Below, piece after piece: positions 48,247-59,755 of a stretch of DNA of 64,000 bases. The DNA is taken from NCBI GenBank assembly GCA_027923505.1, contig BROI01000022.1, positions 1 through 64,000 of the forward strand, read 5' to 3'. Under the pieces are notes generated by a model, which searched no databases, was not told the DNA's origin, and saw nothing but the letters and a program-made list of their open reading frames with translations. The stretch is from Mayamaea pseudoterrestris. Taxonomy: Eukaryota. Position 1 is the stretch's first letter. Every line of letters begins with the position of its first letter. A program made the position numbers and the translations under genes.

Positions 48247-49356
48247 ATGATGATGATGCAGTTCAACTTGCTGGTGCTCGCATCATGCCTCGCTACCAGC
48301 CTTGCATGGACAAGTTCTAAAGTACATGTATCCAGAGTTAGCGCGACCACTCTGTTTCAGTCATCAACGGCTGACGTCTCCGTCCATCCAGCCGTCGGCC
48401 AAGTCGTTTCGGTCGAGTGTCGCCTTCAGCCCGTTGGCGATTTTGTTCCGGAACCATTGATTGATGGAGTCGTTCTGCACGAAGAAGATCCAGCACAGAA
48501 TCTAGTTTTTGTACTCGGCCGAGGAAACTACTTGCCGGGACTCCATGATACGATTTTAAGTATGAAGATTGGCGAGCAAATCAACGACGCTATGCTCGAC
48601 GCTGGATGGGGCGAAGTGAATCAAAACTTAATTGCGACGGCTTCGTTTGCAGACTCTGGAGTTAGCAAGGAGCAAATCAAAATAGGTTCGCAGTTGCAGC
48701 TTGCCAATGGCATGACTTGCGTCGTGACGGCCGTGACGGACAAGGATTTTACCATTGACGCGAATCCGCCCATGGCCGGCGCCGTCTACAAAGCATCAAT
48801 CAAACTACTTGGAGTCGAAGATGGACCAGTAATTAGCAAGTATTCCGACGAGCTAAAGTCTTCTAGTCGCTATCAGGCATTCACCTGCGCGCTCGGCTGC
48901 TTTTGGGGAGGTGAGCTCTTTTTCATGCGTCAACCTGGTGTCGTGGGAACGTCCGTCGGATACACGCAAGGAAGCGTCAATGACCCGACCTATCAGCAAG
49001 TCTGCAGCGGATCAACTGGCCACACGGAGGCCCTTGTTGTTACTTATGATCCTGACATTATTTCTTACGACAAGCTTTGTCACCTCGCCATGGATCGGCT
49101 TGGCGAAAATAAGTACTTGCTCAACCAGGTCGGCAACGACCGAGGCACCCAATACCGACACGGAATATATTACCATACTCCAGAGCAAAAGGAAGTTGCG
49201 AAGGCTGTCGTTGCGTCCTTTGGCGAGGATTGCAAGACGGAATGTTTGCCGGCTGACGAGTTTTACTACGCGGAGGATTATCACCAACAGTACTTGCTCA
49301 AGGGCGGACAGAGCGCTCGGAAAAAAGACTCGACAGTCATTCGCTGCTATGGATAA
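48247..49356 (+). CDS. msrA: FKBP/SlyD-type PPIase fused to peptide methionine sulfoxide reductase MsrA, probably plastid-targeted
   Basis: FVLGRGNYLPGL...IDANPPMAG (SlyD-like); GCFWG, GYTQG, TGHTE, QVGNDRGTQYR, AEDYHQQYL, RCYG (MsrA); signal peptide with LA-W. Confidence 0.9.
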   Translation: MMMMQFNLLVLASCLATSLAWTSSKVHVSRVSATTLFQSSTADVSVHPAVGQVVSVECRLQPVGDFVPEPLIDGVVLHEEDPAQNLVFVLGRGNYLPGLHDTILSMKIGEQINDAMLDAGWGEVNQNLIATASFADSGVSKEQIKIGSQLQLANGMTCVVTAVTDKDFTIDANPPMAGAVYKASIKLLGVEDGPVISKYSDELKSSSRYQAFTCALGCFWGGELFFMRQPGVVGTSVGYTQGSVNDPTYQQVCSGSTGHTEALVVTYDPDIISYDKLCHLAMDRLGENKYLLNQVGNDRGTQYRHGIYYHTPEQKEVAKAVVASFGEDCKTECLPADEFYYAEDYHQQYLLKGGQSARKKDSTVIRCYG

Positions 49357-49766
49357 TCTACTAGGTTCGTAGGGTATGTAAATTGAGCGTTAGCGCTATG
49401 CTGTGATAGGACCTATTCAAGCGAGTTATAAGCATTGCCAGGTAGCTAGGCGTCGCACTGGTTTTGAGAAGACGTTTTGACCGTTGGGGCTTCGATTCCC
49501 AGCGCGCCAGAGGCGCTGCCGATCACTATGATGGCATGCCTAGCGATACATTCGCTGCCGTCTAAAATTTCCAAGAAGAGGCTTCTACATGATAATTGGC
49601 TCCAAATTTTTGACGCAAATCTATCAGCTGAAAGAAGACGATAAGAAATTTATGGGACAGGAACTCGATAAAGCAGCCGACACCATCACTGTTTCGTCGC
49701 GAAGACACTACTTAACAACATAGCAGCAATCAACGACATTTTCCTAGCAGCCTGTTCTAAATCGTC

Positions 49767-52463
49767 ATGGGGATCCAAGGGCTTCTGCAAGGTCTCAAGT
49801 TTGTTACGACTCCAGGAAATATTACTGACTATAAGGGACAAGCCGTCTGCGTCGATGGAAGCTCCTGGCTGCACAAATCGGTTTATAGCATTGCCGAGCA
49901 CTACGTCGAATGTATCGAACAAAAAGGCCTCGACCGACGCTGCATCAACGTTGCATCTTCCTATATCAAATCTAGATGCGATGAGCTACTCACTTTTGCG
50001 CAGGTCCGTCGGATATACTTCGTCATGGACGGAAAGCGATGTCCTCTCAAAGCTGGAACGAATGCCGATCGAGACAACCGTCGCGAGGACAATTTAAAGG
50101 AAGCTCGTCGACTGAAGCAGCATGGAGACAATGACGGAGCCTATGAAAAGTACAAGGCTTGCATAAAAATTACCGAGCGACTCACCAAGGAAGTTGCTGC
50201 AAGCTTGGCAAGGGCGTTTCCGGATGGTCGGGTCGAGTTGGTGCATTCGCCGTACGAGGCGGATCCGCAGCTTGTCAAGCTTTGCATCGATGGACACTGC
50301 AGCGCCATCATAACAGAAGACTCGGATGTTCTCGTCTACTGCGCAGCTGCTCGTCAGATGACTCCCGTACTGTTCAAGCTGGATCGAAAGAATGGGCAAT
50401 GCCAAGTCGTTTCCATGGCTTGGTTGCTCTGCCCAAACAACAACCTCTCTCGTCGAGCGCAACCTTCTGACCAAGACAAAAAGAGAAAGGCCAACGGAAT
50501 CGAGGCAACACTGGAAGCTTTTGCAGCTCGAGAAGCTCGTGAACCTGGTCTAGGCGTTCGTCTCTTTGTGCAAGCCTGCATACTTTCCGGCTGCGACTAT
50601 GCCGTAAACGAGCTCGACGGCGTTGGCCTTGTGAATGCATTCAAAGCAATTCGCAGCGCCATTCATCGAAGCGATGATGATCGTTTTCGTCACGTCATGA
50701 CTCTTTTGCCTTCAAAGGCATGTAAAAGCATTGATAAGATTGAGTACGAGGAGCTCTTGGCCAAGAGTGAAGCAGTATTTTTTCATCATCCAGTCATGGA
50801 ATCCACGGGACGAGTCGTCTATCTGGTAGATTCTACCGAGCATGGATCTCATTTTCCGGTTCTGGAGCGCTTTGGTGGGGATATTTTATTCATTGGGGAT
50901 GTACTGCCTCCAAACGAGTTGCTGCAGGACAGCACTAACCTGCCGCCAGTTTCTGAAATTGTAGTCAAGCACAAGACAAAGAGCGGCCGCGAGACACGTC
51001 GCGCTGCCAAAGTTTCATACGATGAGGGCTTGCGACGCACCAAGGAGGTCGCTCCGATGCTGAATCCGTACCTTAACGCGAAGAAGCGAGGACAGGATGG
51101 CAGTCAAAAGCAAACTGATGCTGCCGCGCAACTTGCTGGAAAGCGCAACCCCTTCGCTTCGTTCGTGGTTAGAGGCAAGGAAAACGAGAAAAGGGATAAC
51201 GGGGTAGCGCGGCGTAGTAACCACAAGCTCAACTTTGTGAAGTCGGCTGCTAATGGAATCGGGGTCAAAGCGTTTCTAGACAAGTTGCTCCCTCCTCCGC
51301 ATCAAGAGCAAGAACCATTGCCTCGAGAAAGAGCTACAATTCATGAATCACAAAGTGAACGCTCCACCAGGCATCATCAACATGATTACGAACATGAAGT
51401 GCCGAGTAGCGACAAGTATTCGAAACTGGGAACAAAGCGGCAACGTTTATCTGAACCCGCTTGCCAACAGCTCCACGATTACGGGTCACGCAAGCAGCCC
51501 ATAGATTTGGACAACATGCTCGAGCAAGATGCGCATTCCCACCAAGCAGGTTTGTATGAACAAGTTAATGCGTTCCAAAAATCATCGTGTGACTCGGAAT
51601 ACAACTCGCAGGAGCCGGCTCATCCATCATTCAGGCGATACAAAGATGAGCGTCGCGGCCAATCCTATCCTGCACACAAGGCTCCTTCTACTTTTTATGA
51701 TCTATGCGGATCGGAGACTGTCACAGATCAATCGTCGCGGACTATGAATCGTCCCTTAAGTCATGCCGATACAACACTTAGCTATCGCTCGTCCGTGCAT
51801 TCGTCTGTCAGACGTGATGACCTTGAGGATGTTTCTGTGGTGCGACGCCAGGGCATACTGCCACTGCAGCCTAGCGAAGGATTGCTTGACCCTCATGCGC
51901 AACATACACAATCGTCATCGAGCAACGTGCCGCCAATAAACGCCGCCGACAACCAAGATCCATTTGATGTCCAGGATCGCTCGTTTTCTTTGGGTCAAGA
52001 CGTTCCGCTATTCAATCGTCACATCCATGATATGGCGGGGACATGCCTTGCGGACACAAATGAGTGCCCTCGCCGGATAACAAACGAGTTTGCAAAGTCC
52101 CTGTATCCTCCTCCTCTGGCCATGCCAGCAGCATCACCTCAAAAGCAGCGTCCCTCCTTCGCGTATGATGAGTGGTTGGAATCTCCTCAAATCAAGGACC
52201 AGATCATGAATGCACGAGAACTCCAAGCCGACGATATTCTCAGCTCGCCAGAATCATTCAGTATGCGTCCCAGCAATAGTACGAATCCTGACAGGCCTTT
52301 AATCATGGCGACGAATACGATCGGCCCAGCCAAGACTTTCCGAAATCGCTTTCAGAGCACGAATCCGCAAGGCGCAAGGAAAGGCTTAATTCCCGTTCGA
52401 GCCAAGCAACGCAATGGACCGCTGCAAGGGTCGCTATCGAGGTATTTCTCTCGACGAAATTAA
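49767..52463 (+). CDS. EXO1: Exonuclease 1 (XPG/Rad2 family)
   Basis: MGIQGLL, VDGSSWLHK, VMDG, SPYEADPQL, IITEDSD, CILSGCDY; disordered C-terminus. Confidence 0.93.
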   Translation: MGIQGLLQGLKFVTTPGNITDYKGQAVCVDGSSWLHKSVYSIAEHYVECIEQKGLDRRCINVASSYIKSRCDELLTFAQVRRIYFVMDGKRCPLKAGTNADRDNRREDNLKEARRLKQHGDNDGAYEKYKACIKITERLTKEVAASLARAFPDGRVELVHSPYEADPQLVKLCIDGHCSAIITEDSDVLVYCAAARQMTPVLFKLDRKNGQCQVVSMAWLLCPNNNLSRRAQPSDQDKKRKANGIEATLEAFAAREAREPGLGVRLFVQACILSGCDYAVNELDGVGLVNAFKAIRSAIHRSDDDRFRHVMTLLPSKACKSIDKIEYEELLAKSEAVFFHHPVMESTGRVVYLVDSTEHGSHFPVLERFGGDILFIGDVLPPNELLQDSTNLPPVSEIVVKHKTKSGRETRRAAKVSYDEGLRRTKEVAPMLNPYLNAKKRGQDGSQKQTDAAAQLAGKRNPFASFVVRGKENEKRDNGVARRSNHKLNFVKSAANGIGVKAFLDKLLPPPHQEQEPLPRERATIHESQSERSTRHHQHDYEHEVPSSDKYSKLGTKRQRLSEPACQQLHDYGSRKQPIDLDNMLEQDAHSHQAGLYEQVNAFQKSSCDSEYNSQEPAHPSFRRYKDERRGQSYPAHKAPSTFYDLCGSETVTDQSSRTMNRPLSHADTTLSYRSSVHSSVRRDDLEDVSVVRRQGILPLQPSEGLLDPHAQHTQSSSSNVPPINAADNQDPFDVQDRSFSLGQDVPLFNRHIHDMAGTCLADTNECPRRITNEFAKSLYPPPLAMPAASPQKQRPSFAYDEWLESPQIKDQIMNARELQADDILSSPESFSMRPSNSTNPDRPLIMATNTIGPAKTFRNRFQSTNPQGARKGLIPVRAKQRNGPLQGSLSRYFSRRN

Positions 52464-52596
52464 TATCCTTTGCATACGAGTACAGAATTCGATATAGCCA
52501 TTCGTTAAAGTAAAAATTTCTACCGTAGAGCAGCGACGTGCCAATGCCCCACCTCGGCAAAGACCCCTAACAATCACCTGCGTTCAGGTCAATTAT

Positions 52597-54092
52597 TTAC
52601 ATGGCCGACCGCCGGCGATTCATTCTTCGACGAGGCGGCCCATTGCGATGCGCCTCATCAATCTTCTTTTGATTCTCAAGAAACTCATGCGCCTCCTCTC
52701 CCGACAAGACCATCTGATCGACAACCGTGTTGAACGATTGGCAATTGTTGCACTGCACTCCCAAAAAGTGCCAGGCGCGATTCCTCTCCTGTTGCTCACA
52801 GTCATTGCAGGTAATGTTCACTACGCGACAAAGCTCCGGCGGCACTGGCTGTAGCGCAACACCTGCCGCCATGGCACTCCAGGTTGGCAGCATTCTCTCC
52901 CGAGTTTCGGCCGTCTTTTTGCACACGGGGCATCGACTATCATGCGCCGCAAGTTGTCGAAAGCAGTCCCAGTGAATGGCGTGTCCGCAGGGCATCTCGT
53001 GCGAGGCACTCCGAGAACTAAAAAGATACTCCTGACAAACGGGGCAATTGCTTCTGTATTTGCCTGCCTTACAATTATGGTTATCATAAAGAGTCTTATC
53101 AATGCACATTCCGCACTCGTGGCAATGCTGAAAGTTGTGAGCGCCGCCAACCCGGCAGAATCCACAGTCGGCGCAATGATAAGGAGCTTCCTCGTCCGAC
53201 ATCCAAAGGTTGCATACATTGCAGTGATAAGCACCGAATGGAGTTCCGCAGCTGACGCATTGGTTGCTGTAGTTAAGTGACCAAGAGAATGATTTACGTG
53301 AGGAATGGTTGTAAAAGTGCATATATATCTCTACGAAACACAAAATACTTACGTCTTACTGGACTGTCTCGTAAAACATTCTCGACAGATGACTTCGCGA
53401 ATGGCGAATCGATCAATCTCATGGTGCGTATCCTCCTGCTGCTGCACTTGATGCATGGTTGTAAAGCTCGACGGCAGCGAGGCTGATCGATGAAAGCGAC
53501 GTCCTCCATTGTTAATTTTCGGCGGCAAGTTGGGACAGTCATCGTGACATATGCGACAGCCAAAGGCCATGCCACAGCATGGACTGATTATAGTGCATTG
53601 GCGCTCGTAGTGCGAGCAGTAGGGCCGCGTTATCTCGGTCCGACGAGTTTGCTCATTGCAAATGGTGAAGCCGTCGTCCGCCATGTGATTGTCTCCGTCA
53701 AACTGCTCCAATCCATCGTCTTCGCCATATCCATAGACATTCGTTGGCGGCGACTCGTCTCCGTATCCATATGGATTGCTTCCGTAGCTTCTCGTACTTT
53801 CGCCTCCGCTGACACTCGACTGTGCGCTCGTGACTCCACTTTGGTAGCTGTGCACACTCGCACCTCCGTTACTCAGCGACGCCCTTCGACCATCCATCAA
53901 ATGCTGAATGGATAAACGCTTCTCCATGGGCGTCAATTGAACATCGCTCATGATTGCCTTGATACTTGCGCGTCGCTCCCTTTGCTCCGTCTGTGACATT
54001 GATCCTCGTCGCGAAATGGATCCTCTTCGCGTAGGAGGAGCCATCTCCTCGTAGCCCATGTCCATTTCTTCCAAGGCCGCGTCGTCCGGCAT
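52597..54092 (-). CDS. RCHY1: RING finger and CHY zinc finger protein (RCHY1/Pirh2-like); intron ~53352-53267
   Basis: CSHYERQCTIISPCC, CRICHD, HEIDRF, YHCADCGFCRVG, NCPVCQEYLFSS, PCGHAIH, CNDC...WHFLGVQC..CQSFNT. Confidence 0.92.
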
Positions 54093-54309
54093 GATTGCTA
54101 TCAGGTTGCTGTAATAAGGAAAGTAATGCTGTTGAATTGTGTGAGGTTCTTCCAATCTTCATTCGCATGGCCATAACTTGCCGAAACTCCGAGCGTGATC
54201 TTCACACGCAGAGTGAGAGTCATTCTCGGTCATTTTTCAGAAACGTCTTTTCAATCCCGCTCTACCTTGGGCAATGACATCCAAGCTGCCCTACCGGTAC
54301 CGGTACCGC

Positions 54310-55240
54310 AGTCGCAGAACTAGGAGACTAGGTACTCGTAAAGATGAATGCATTACACTTTCAACATAATGAATCAATGCTTGTCATCTGCCAGCCTTGA
54401 ATGTACACAGAAATTGGCCATTAGAGTGGGTCATAGGGGCATGACATAAAGGCAGTCTCTGTCACAGAACATGGGGACTAGATGGGCTTGCAATTACTGC
54501 ATTGCACTTTCTACATCATGAAACAATGCCTGTCAACTGCCAGCTATCAATTGATACCTCTCTAGTGTTTGGAGTGGGTTTTGTCAGCCTACTTTTGTGG
54601 ACAAGCTTAGGGACTAGGAATTCTGGCAGTCCCTGTCTCAGAACATAGAGACTCGATGGGCTGGCAATGACTGCATTGCGCTTCCTATATCATGACACAA
54701 CACCTGTCAACTGCCAGCTATCAATTGATATTACTCTGGCATTTGCAGTGGGTCATGGCAGCCAGCTACTGGGGACAAGCCTAGGGACAAGAAATTTGGG
54801 CAGTCCCTGCCGCAGAACTTGGAGACTAGATGGGCAATTGATGACTGCATTGCACTTTCTATTTCATGAAACAATGTCTATCAACTGCCAGCTATCAATT
54901 GATACCTCTCTGGCTGTTGGAATGGGTCATGGCAGCCAGCTACTGTGGACAAGCCTAGGGACACAAATTTCTGGCAGTCCCTGTCGCAGAACTTGGAGAC
55001 TAGATGGGTAATAGATGACTGCATTGCACTTACTATTTCATGAAATAATGCCTGTCAACTGCAGGTATCAATTTATACCTCTCTGGCTGTTGGAGTGGGT
55101 TATGGCAGCCAGCTACTGGGGACAAGCCTAGGGACGCGATATTCTGGCAGTCCCTGTCACAGAACATGGAGACTAAATGGGCAATTGATGACTGCACTGC
55201 ACATTCAACATCTGGAAGCAATGCCTGTTAACTGCCATCT
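54310..55240. repeat. Tandem satellite array B, ~174-bp monomer (left part)
   Basis: AT(G/T)ACTGCA(T/C)TGC recurs at 54493, 54667, 54841, 55015, 55188; first monomer degenerate. Confidence 0.95.
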
Positions 55241-55552
55241 TGTAACTTGTAAATCAAATCGTTGCACCTTTCGCTTGTAGCTGTCCTTGGATGGCCAATC
55301 CAAGCTTGCAGTTGCTACAATACGAGAGACGAATAAATCGCTTTCTTAACTCTTCAAGCTTAGTAAGTCTGCTTGTTTCTACTCTATATCGCACTAGTTT
55401 CAGCAATATACTTGTTGAATCGCTTCGAAGCCGTCGCTGCCACGCATCACGCGATCGTGAGGCTGTGGTGAGCCGCGAGTGCCGCTGTGTCACCCTATCG
55501 GACATTCGGTGTGACTTGCCCGATTTTCGCTGTTTTCGTTCGCATCCTGCAA
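55241..55552 (-). repeat. 3' LTR of element 2
   Basis: Same as 62093-62404; preceded (element sense) by PPT GAGGGGAG at 55553-55560. Confidence 0.95.
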
Positions 55553-55569
55553 CTCCCCTCAAGTCATAC

Positions 55570-57428
55570 CTAATAGTTAGATTCCTTGAAGAGCAGGTTC
55601 TTTAAGTGCTTGCTTGCCGTAGCCCGTGGAAGAAACTTGGTAAGTACATCCGCCGGGTTTGTCGTTCCCATGATGTGGTTGAAATTAATAATTCCCGCCG
55701 CAATCGCTTCGCGTACACGGTGAAATGCCAGTGCATTGTGTCGCTTCGTCAGACTAGAGTGCGGTAGGTTGCTGCTTTGCGTTACCGACTTGTTGTCTCC
55801 AAACATCCATGAAGGTCCGTCGAGCGGAACTCCCAACATGCGTAGCGTGAAGCGAAGATCCATGATCTGCTCCGTGCTCACTCTCGCTGCTACAAACTCC
55901 GAGCCGTACGTCGCCGTCTCGACCGTCGCTTGGCGTTTCGAAAACCAATCAACGACTGTTCCATTCAACATGTGTAGCATGCCCATCGCTGCCCGTCCCG
56001 TCGTGTAATCGTGGTACAGGTTCGCATCTTCGAACGTTGACATTCGCACCGCCTTGCCGCGCGGCGTGGGCATGTTCCACGGAAGCTCTTCGCAGATCTT
56101 GCCGTACACACTGTAATCCCAATCCATCTTGTCAACTGTCGCGTATCGCTCGTCCGTTGGAATCGAAACGTTGAATCGAATCGCTCCATCCGGGTATCTT
56201 CGTAAGTATCCGCAAATATGCTTCAACCGTTCCAAGTGCCCCGCTCGTGGCGCAGCTCGGAATCTCCCCATAGTCATGACAGCACAGTGAATGTCGAATC
56301 GACATAAACTTACTGCCCATTGCAACGCACCAATTATCGATTGATACTTCGCAATTCCGTCGTCGTCAAGTTCTTTCGTTTCGTCGAGTTCCGGATGATC
56401 GCCGTCGCGTAGTGGACTTGTCCGCGGTCGCGGTTCCTCGCCGAACATTTCTTTGTAGTTCGCTAGTAGTCTTGTGACGTACTTCTTCGCTCCGAAGCAG
56501 AGTACGCCGTCGTCGTCTCGCCAAACGTCTGCGCCCAAATGATATGCCAATGGACCGACGCCCTTCAACTTGTAGTTGTAGTTCTCAATTAAAAGATCCG
56601 TTAGTTCCTTCGATTCTTCATCGCTATCGCTAAATCGTCGACATACACACAAACGTATTCGTAGTGCGTGCCTTTATCGCGCATCCACACGTCCGGTTCT
56701 GCGATACACGGCATGAAGCCAATGTCGCGGAGCGTGTCTGCAAAGTGCTCGTGCCAGCGTGCGCCTGACGTGCGAAGACCGTATAATGCCTTCACGATCG
56801 TGAGCGTGTGACCCTCGAGCTCCCCGAACTCCGGACCTGCCACGATATAAACCTTCTCTTTCGTTTTCGCTTCCAAGTATGCGTTGCCGACGTCAGCTGC
56901 CCACAGTTCCAGACCGTTGAGTTCCGCTAACATCGCTACCATTCGTAGACTTCGCAATGACACAACGCCCGAGTAAACTGAATCCTTCGGCGGCTCTGTC
57001 ATATGTCCTCCTGCAACGAGTCGTGCTTTCCGTCGCAAATCGTGCTTGACATCGAATATCATGTGCACGTTTATTCGTTTCCACGGCGCCGGCATAACCT
57101 TACCGACTCCTTGATCTGCGAACGTGTCGTAATCATTTATCTGATTTAATTCCGTTCGAATCGCATCCGTCCACAGCGTGTTGCCGTTGATCTCGTCGAG
57201 AGCTTTCGCATCTTTATAATTGCGCAGCAACCTTACGCCGAATTTGTAGCGTACGCCGTTTGCTTTCGATTTTCGTTTCGCCGCTGTTACCATCTGTCGA
57301 AACTTCTTTCGCTTCCGAGTGTAATGCTCCAGCTGCTTCCATCCTGGCTTGTCGAGTAAGCCGTGCTTGAGTCCATACTCTGCGATCGTTATCGGATCGT
57401 CCTTCTTCATGATCGCGAGAGGCTCCAC
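55570..57428 (-). pseudogene. pol: pol RT and RNase H of element 2 (one frameshift near 56605)
   Basis: RKARLVAGGH, ADVGNAYL, KALYGL, EPDVW, YVDDL, ATVETATYGSEF, LTKRHN, ADVLTK. Confidence 0.92.
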
Positions 57429-57452
57429 GTCGTCGTTCCGTCAGTCCATTCG

Positions 57453-58645
57453 ACGAGAACGTTACTTGAACTTCCTTTGTATGTCGGATCGTTCGGTTTC
57501 AAATTAAGCTCGTGTCCGATTACCTTCGTGAATACCCACTGAGTCGCCGGATCGTTTCGTATATCTTCGTCCATCTGTCGTTCGATTAAATCCGACAGTT
57601 CGTTGTAACTTATTAAGTCTTTCGCTGGCTCTCTCCCATTTGGATTAGGAAACCTTTCGTCGTTTCGAGTAGCTCGTTATCGCGTACTTCGATATATTCG
57701 CATACAGTCGCTCGCATTTTCTGACCGTTTTCGTGTTCCCTTACGAACGTGCGTCCGATGAGTTCGCTTGGAGAGAACAGAGGGCATTTATTCCCTGATT
57801 CTTGCTCAGCCCTTCTGAAGAACTTCGCTGGTACGTTGGCGTGGTTCGCCATCGGAATTGTTTCTGTCGTCGTTTCCTTCGTAGTTGTCGTGACTACTTT
57901 CTGTCACATGCGTGCTATGGTAGCGTCCTGTCGCGAGATCTGGAGTTTCAAATTTCGCTCGCTTGCGCGTGTAGCTTCTTCAGAAATCTCCCTCCAGACT
58001 CAGGGAAGGGAAGGCAACTCGTGGTAACAAGTAGCTGCGCGAGACCACGCTACGAGAACGTTACTTGAACTTCCTTTGTATGTCGGATCGTTCGGTTTCA
58101 AATTAGCTCGTGTCCGATTACCTTCGTGAATACCCACTGAGTCGCCGGATCGTTTCGTATATCTTCGTCCATCTGTCGTTTCGATTAAATCCGACAGTTC
58201 GTTGTAACTTATTAAGTCTTTCGCTGGCTCCTCCCATTTGGATTAGGAAACCTTTCGTCGTTTACGGTAGCTCGTTATCGCGTACTTCGATATATTCTCG
58301 CATACAGTCGCTCGCATTTTCTGACCGTTTTCGTGTTCCCTTACGAACGTGCGTCCGATGAGTTCGCTTGGAGAGAACAGGGGCATTTATTCCCTGATTC
58401 TTGCTCAGCCCTTCTGAAGAACTTCGCTGGTACGTTGGCGTGGTTCGCCATCGGTTGTTTCGTCGTCGTTTCCTTCGTAGTTGTCGTGACTACTTTCTGT
58501 CCATGCGTGCTATGGTAGCGTCCTGTCGCGAGATCTGGAGTTTCGAAATTTCGCTCGCTTGCGCGTGTAGCTTCTTCAGAAATCTCCCCTCCAGACTCAG
58601 GGAAGGAAGGCAACTCGTGGTAACAAGTAGCTGCGCGAGACCACG
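57453..58645. repeat. ~595-bp tandem duplication inside the element 2 integrase C-terminal region
   Basis: ACGAGAACGTTACTTGAAC...GCGAGACCACG occurs at 57453-58049 and 58052-58645; copies differ mostly by 1-bp indels. Confidence 0.9.
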
Positions 58646-59421
58646 TTGGAGCGCGGAATCGCCTGAAGCGTGTCGTCCGTCAGACCGAGGAAAAGTCATG
58701 TGCGGACCGCTATTCTCTGCGATGCCCACGAATCGGCCGTTGCCAGATCGTACCGCCGAGGGAAAGCTCCCCTGCGCCTCAAACGTGACCGGTTCCCACC
58801 ACTTGAAATGTAACAAAGGCGAAATATCCGGCAGATTTCCGAACGCAACTTCCGTTGGCGTGCGCCATCCCAGCGATTTCGTCGCGAGGACGTTCAGTAT
58901 CATGATTACGAATTTAATCAGCAAAACCCAGCAATGGCCTGGCGAACCAGAATCTCGTTGGAGGTTCTCCATCATTGGCTTAATGTGCGACGTGTGACGT
59001 TCGCATGGATTTTGTTCTGGATGACCCGGTTCTGTGGTCACTGAGGAATATTGTACATCCGACAGAGATCCTCGCAGCCTTGCCAGTCTCCGACTTGGCA
59101 TTGTCGCTGAGCAGTCCGTTAGGAGCGCCCACTTCGCGGATAAAATCCTCTAACGCGTTTGACATTTCGCTCTCCGACTTCATCGGGTAGCCGCGCGTGT
59201 AAAACTTTCTCGTCCAACAAGAGCTGCATCTTAGTAGCTCCCCACGCCCTAAATTCCATCATCCAAAGCTGGCGTGTCAGAGTGTATCGTGTCCGTGGCG
59301 AATAGTTCACGCAACCGCTGAACGTTCGCGCCCGGAAATCGTGATTTCGTGGTGTCGAAATGGTAATCGCGGGTGTGCGCTGAGATGATACCATGCTTCC
59401 GTGTGACAAAGTCTGTTGCAA
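58490..59421 (-). pseudogene. pol: Integrase core of element 2 (multiple frameshifts)
   Basis: ALEDFIREVGAPNGLLSDNAKSE, TEPGHPEQNPCER, SLGWRTPTE...PDISPLLHF.WWEPV, GRFVGIAENSG. Confidence 0.85.
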
Positions 59422-59755
59422 CGCTCAGTCGGGACCCATCCGGAGGTACGGCCGAAGAGCATTATAGTCCGGTTCCTTGCTTCTTAGCTTCCGCAAATTA
59501 ACCGTGGAAAACTGAGCGTGTCGCACGCACCGATTGATCAGTACGTCAAGTTCGTCGCCAGTGCGTGTCGGCGTGTGACGATTGCGGTGCGTGATACCGT
59601 CATCATCGAATCGTTCGTCGAAAGATCCATAATCTGATCTCGTTCGTCGAAATCGTCGTGCGCGTGCTCGACATCGTAAACAGTCGGGTCCCACGGCACG
59701 TCCGACGTCATGATGACAGTCGGATACTTATCCAAATCATCGAACGTGGGTTTCG

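Noticed and set aside
15363..54092. Functional cluster of ubiquitin, redox and folding genes, with RING genes at both island ends
   Set aside because: These are common gene classes in mixed orientation; no evidence beyond chance
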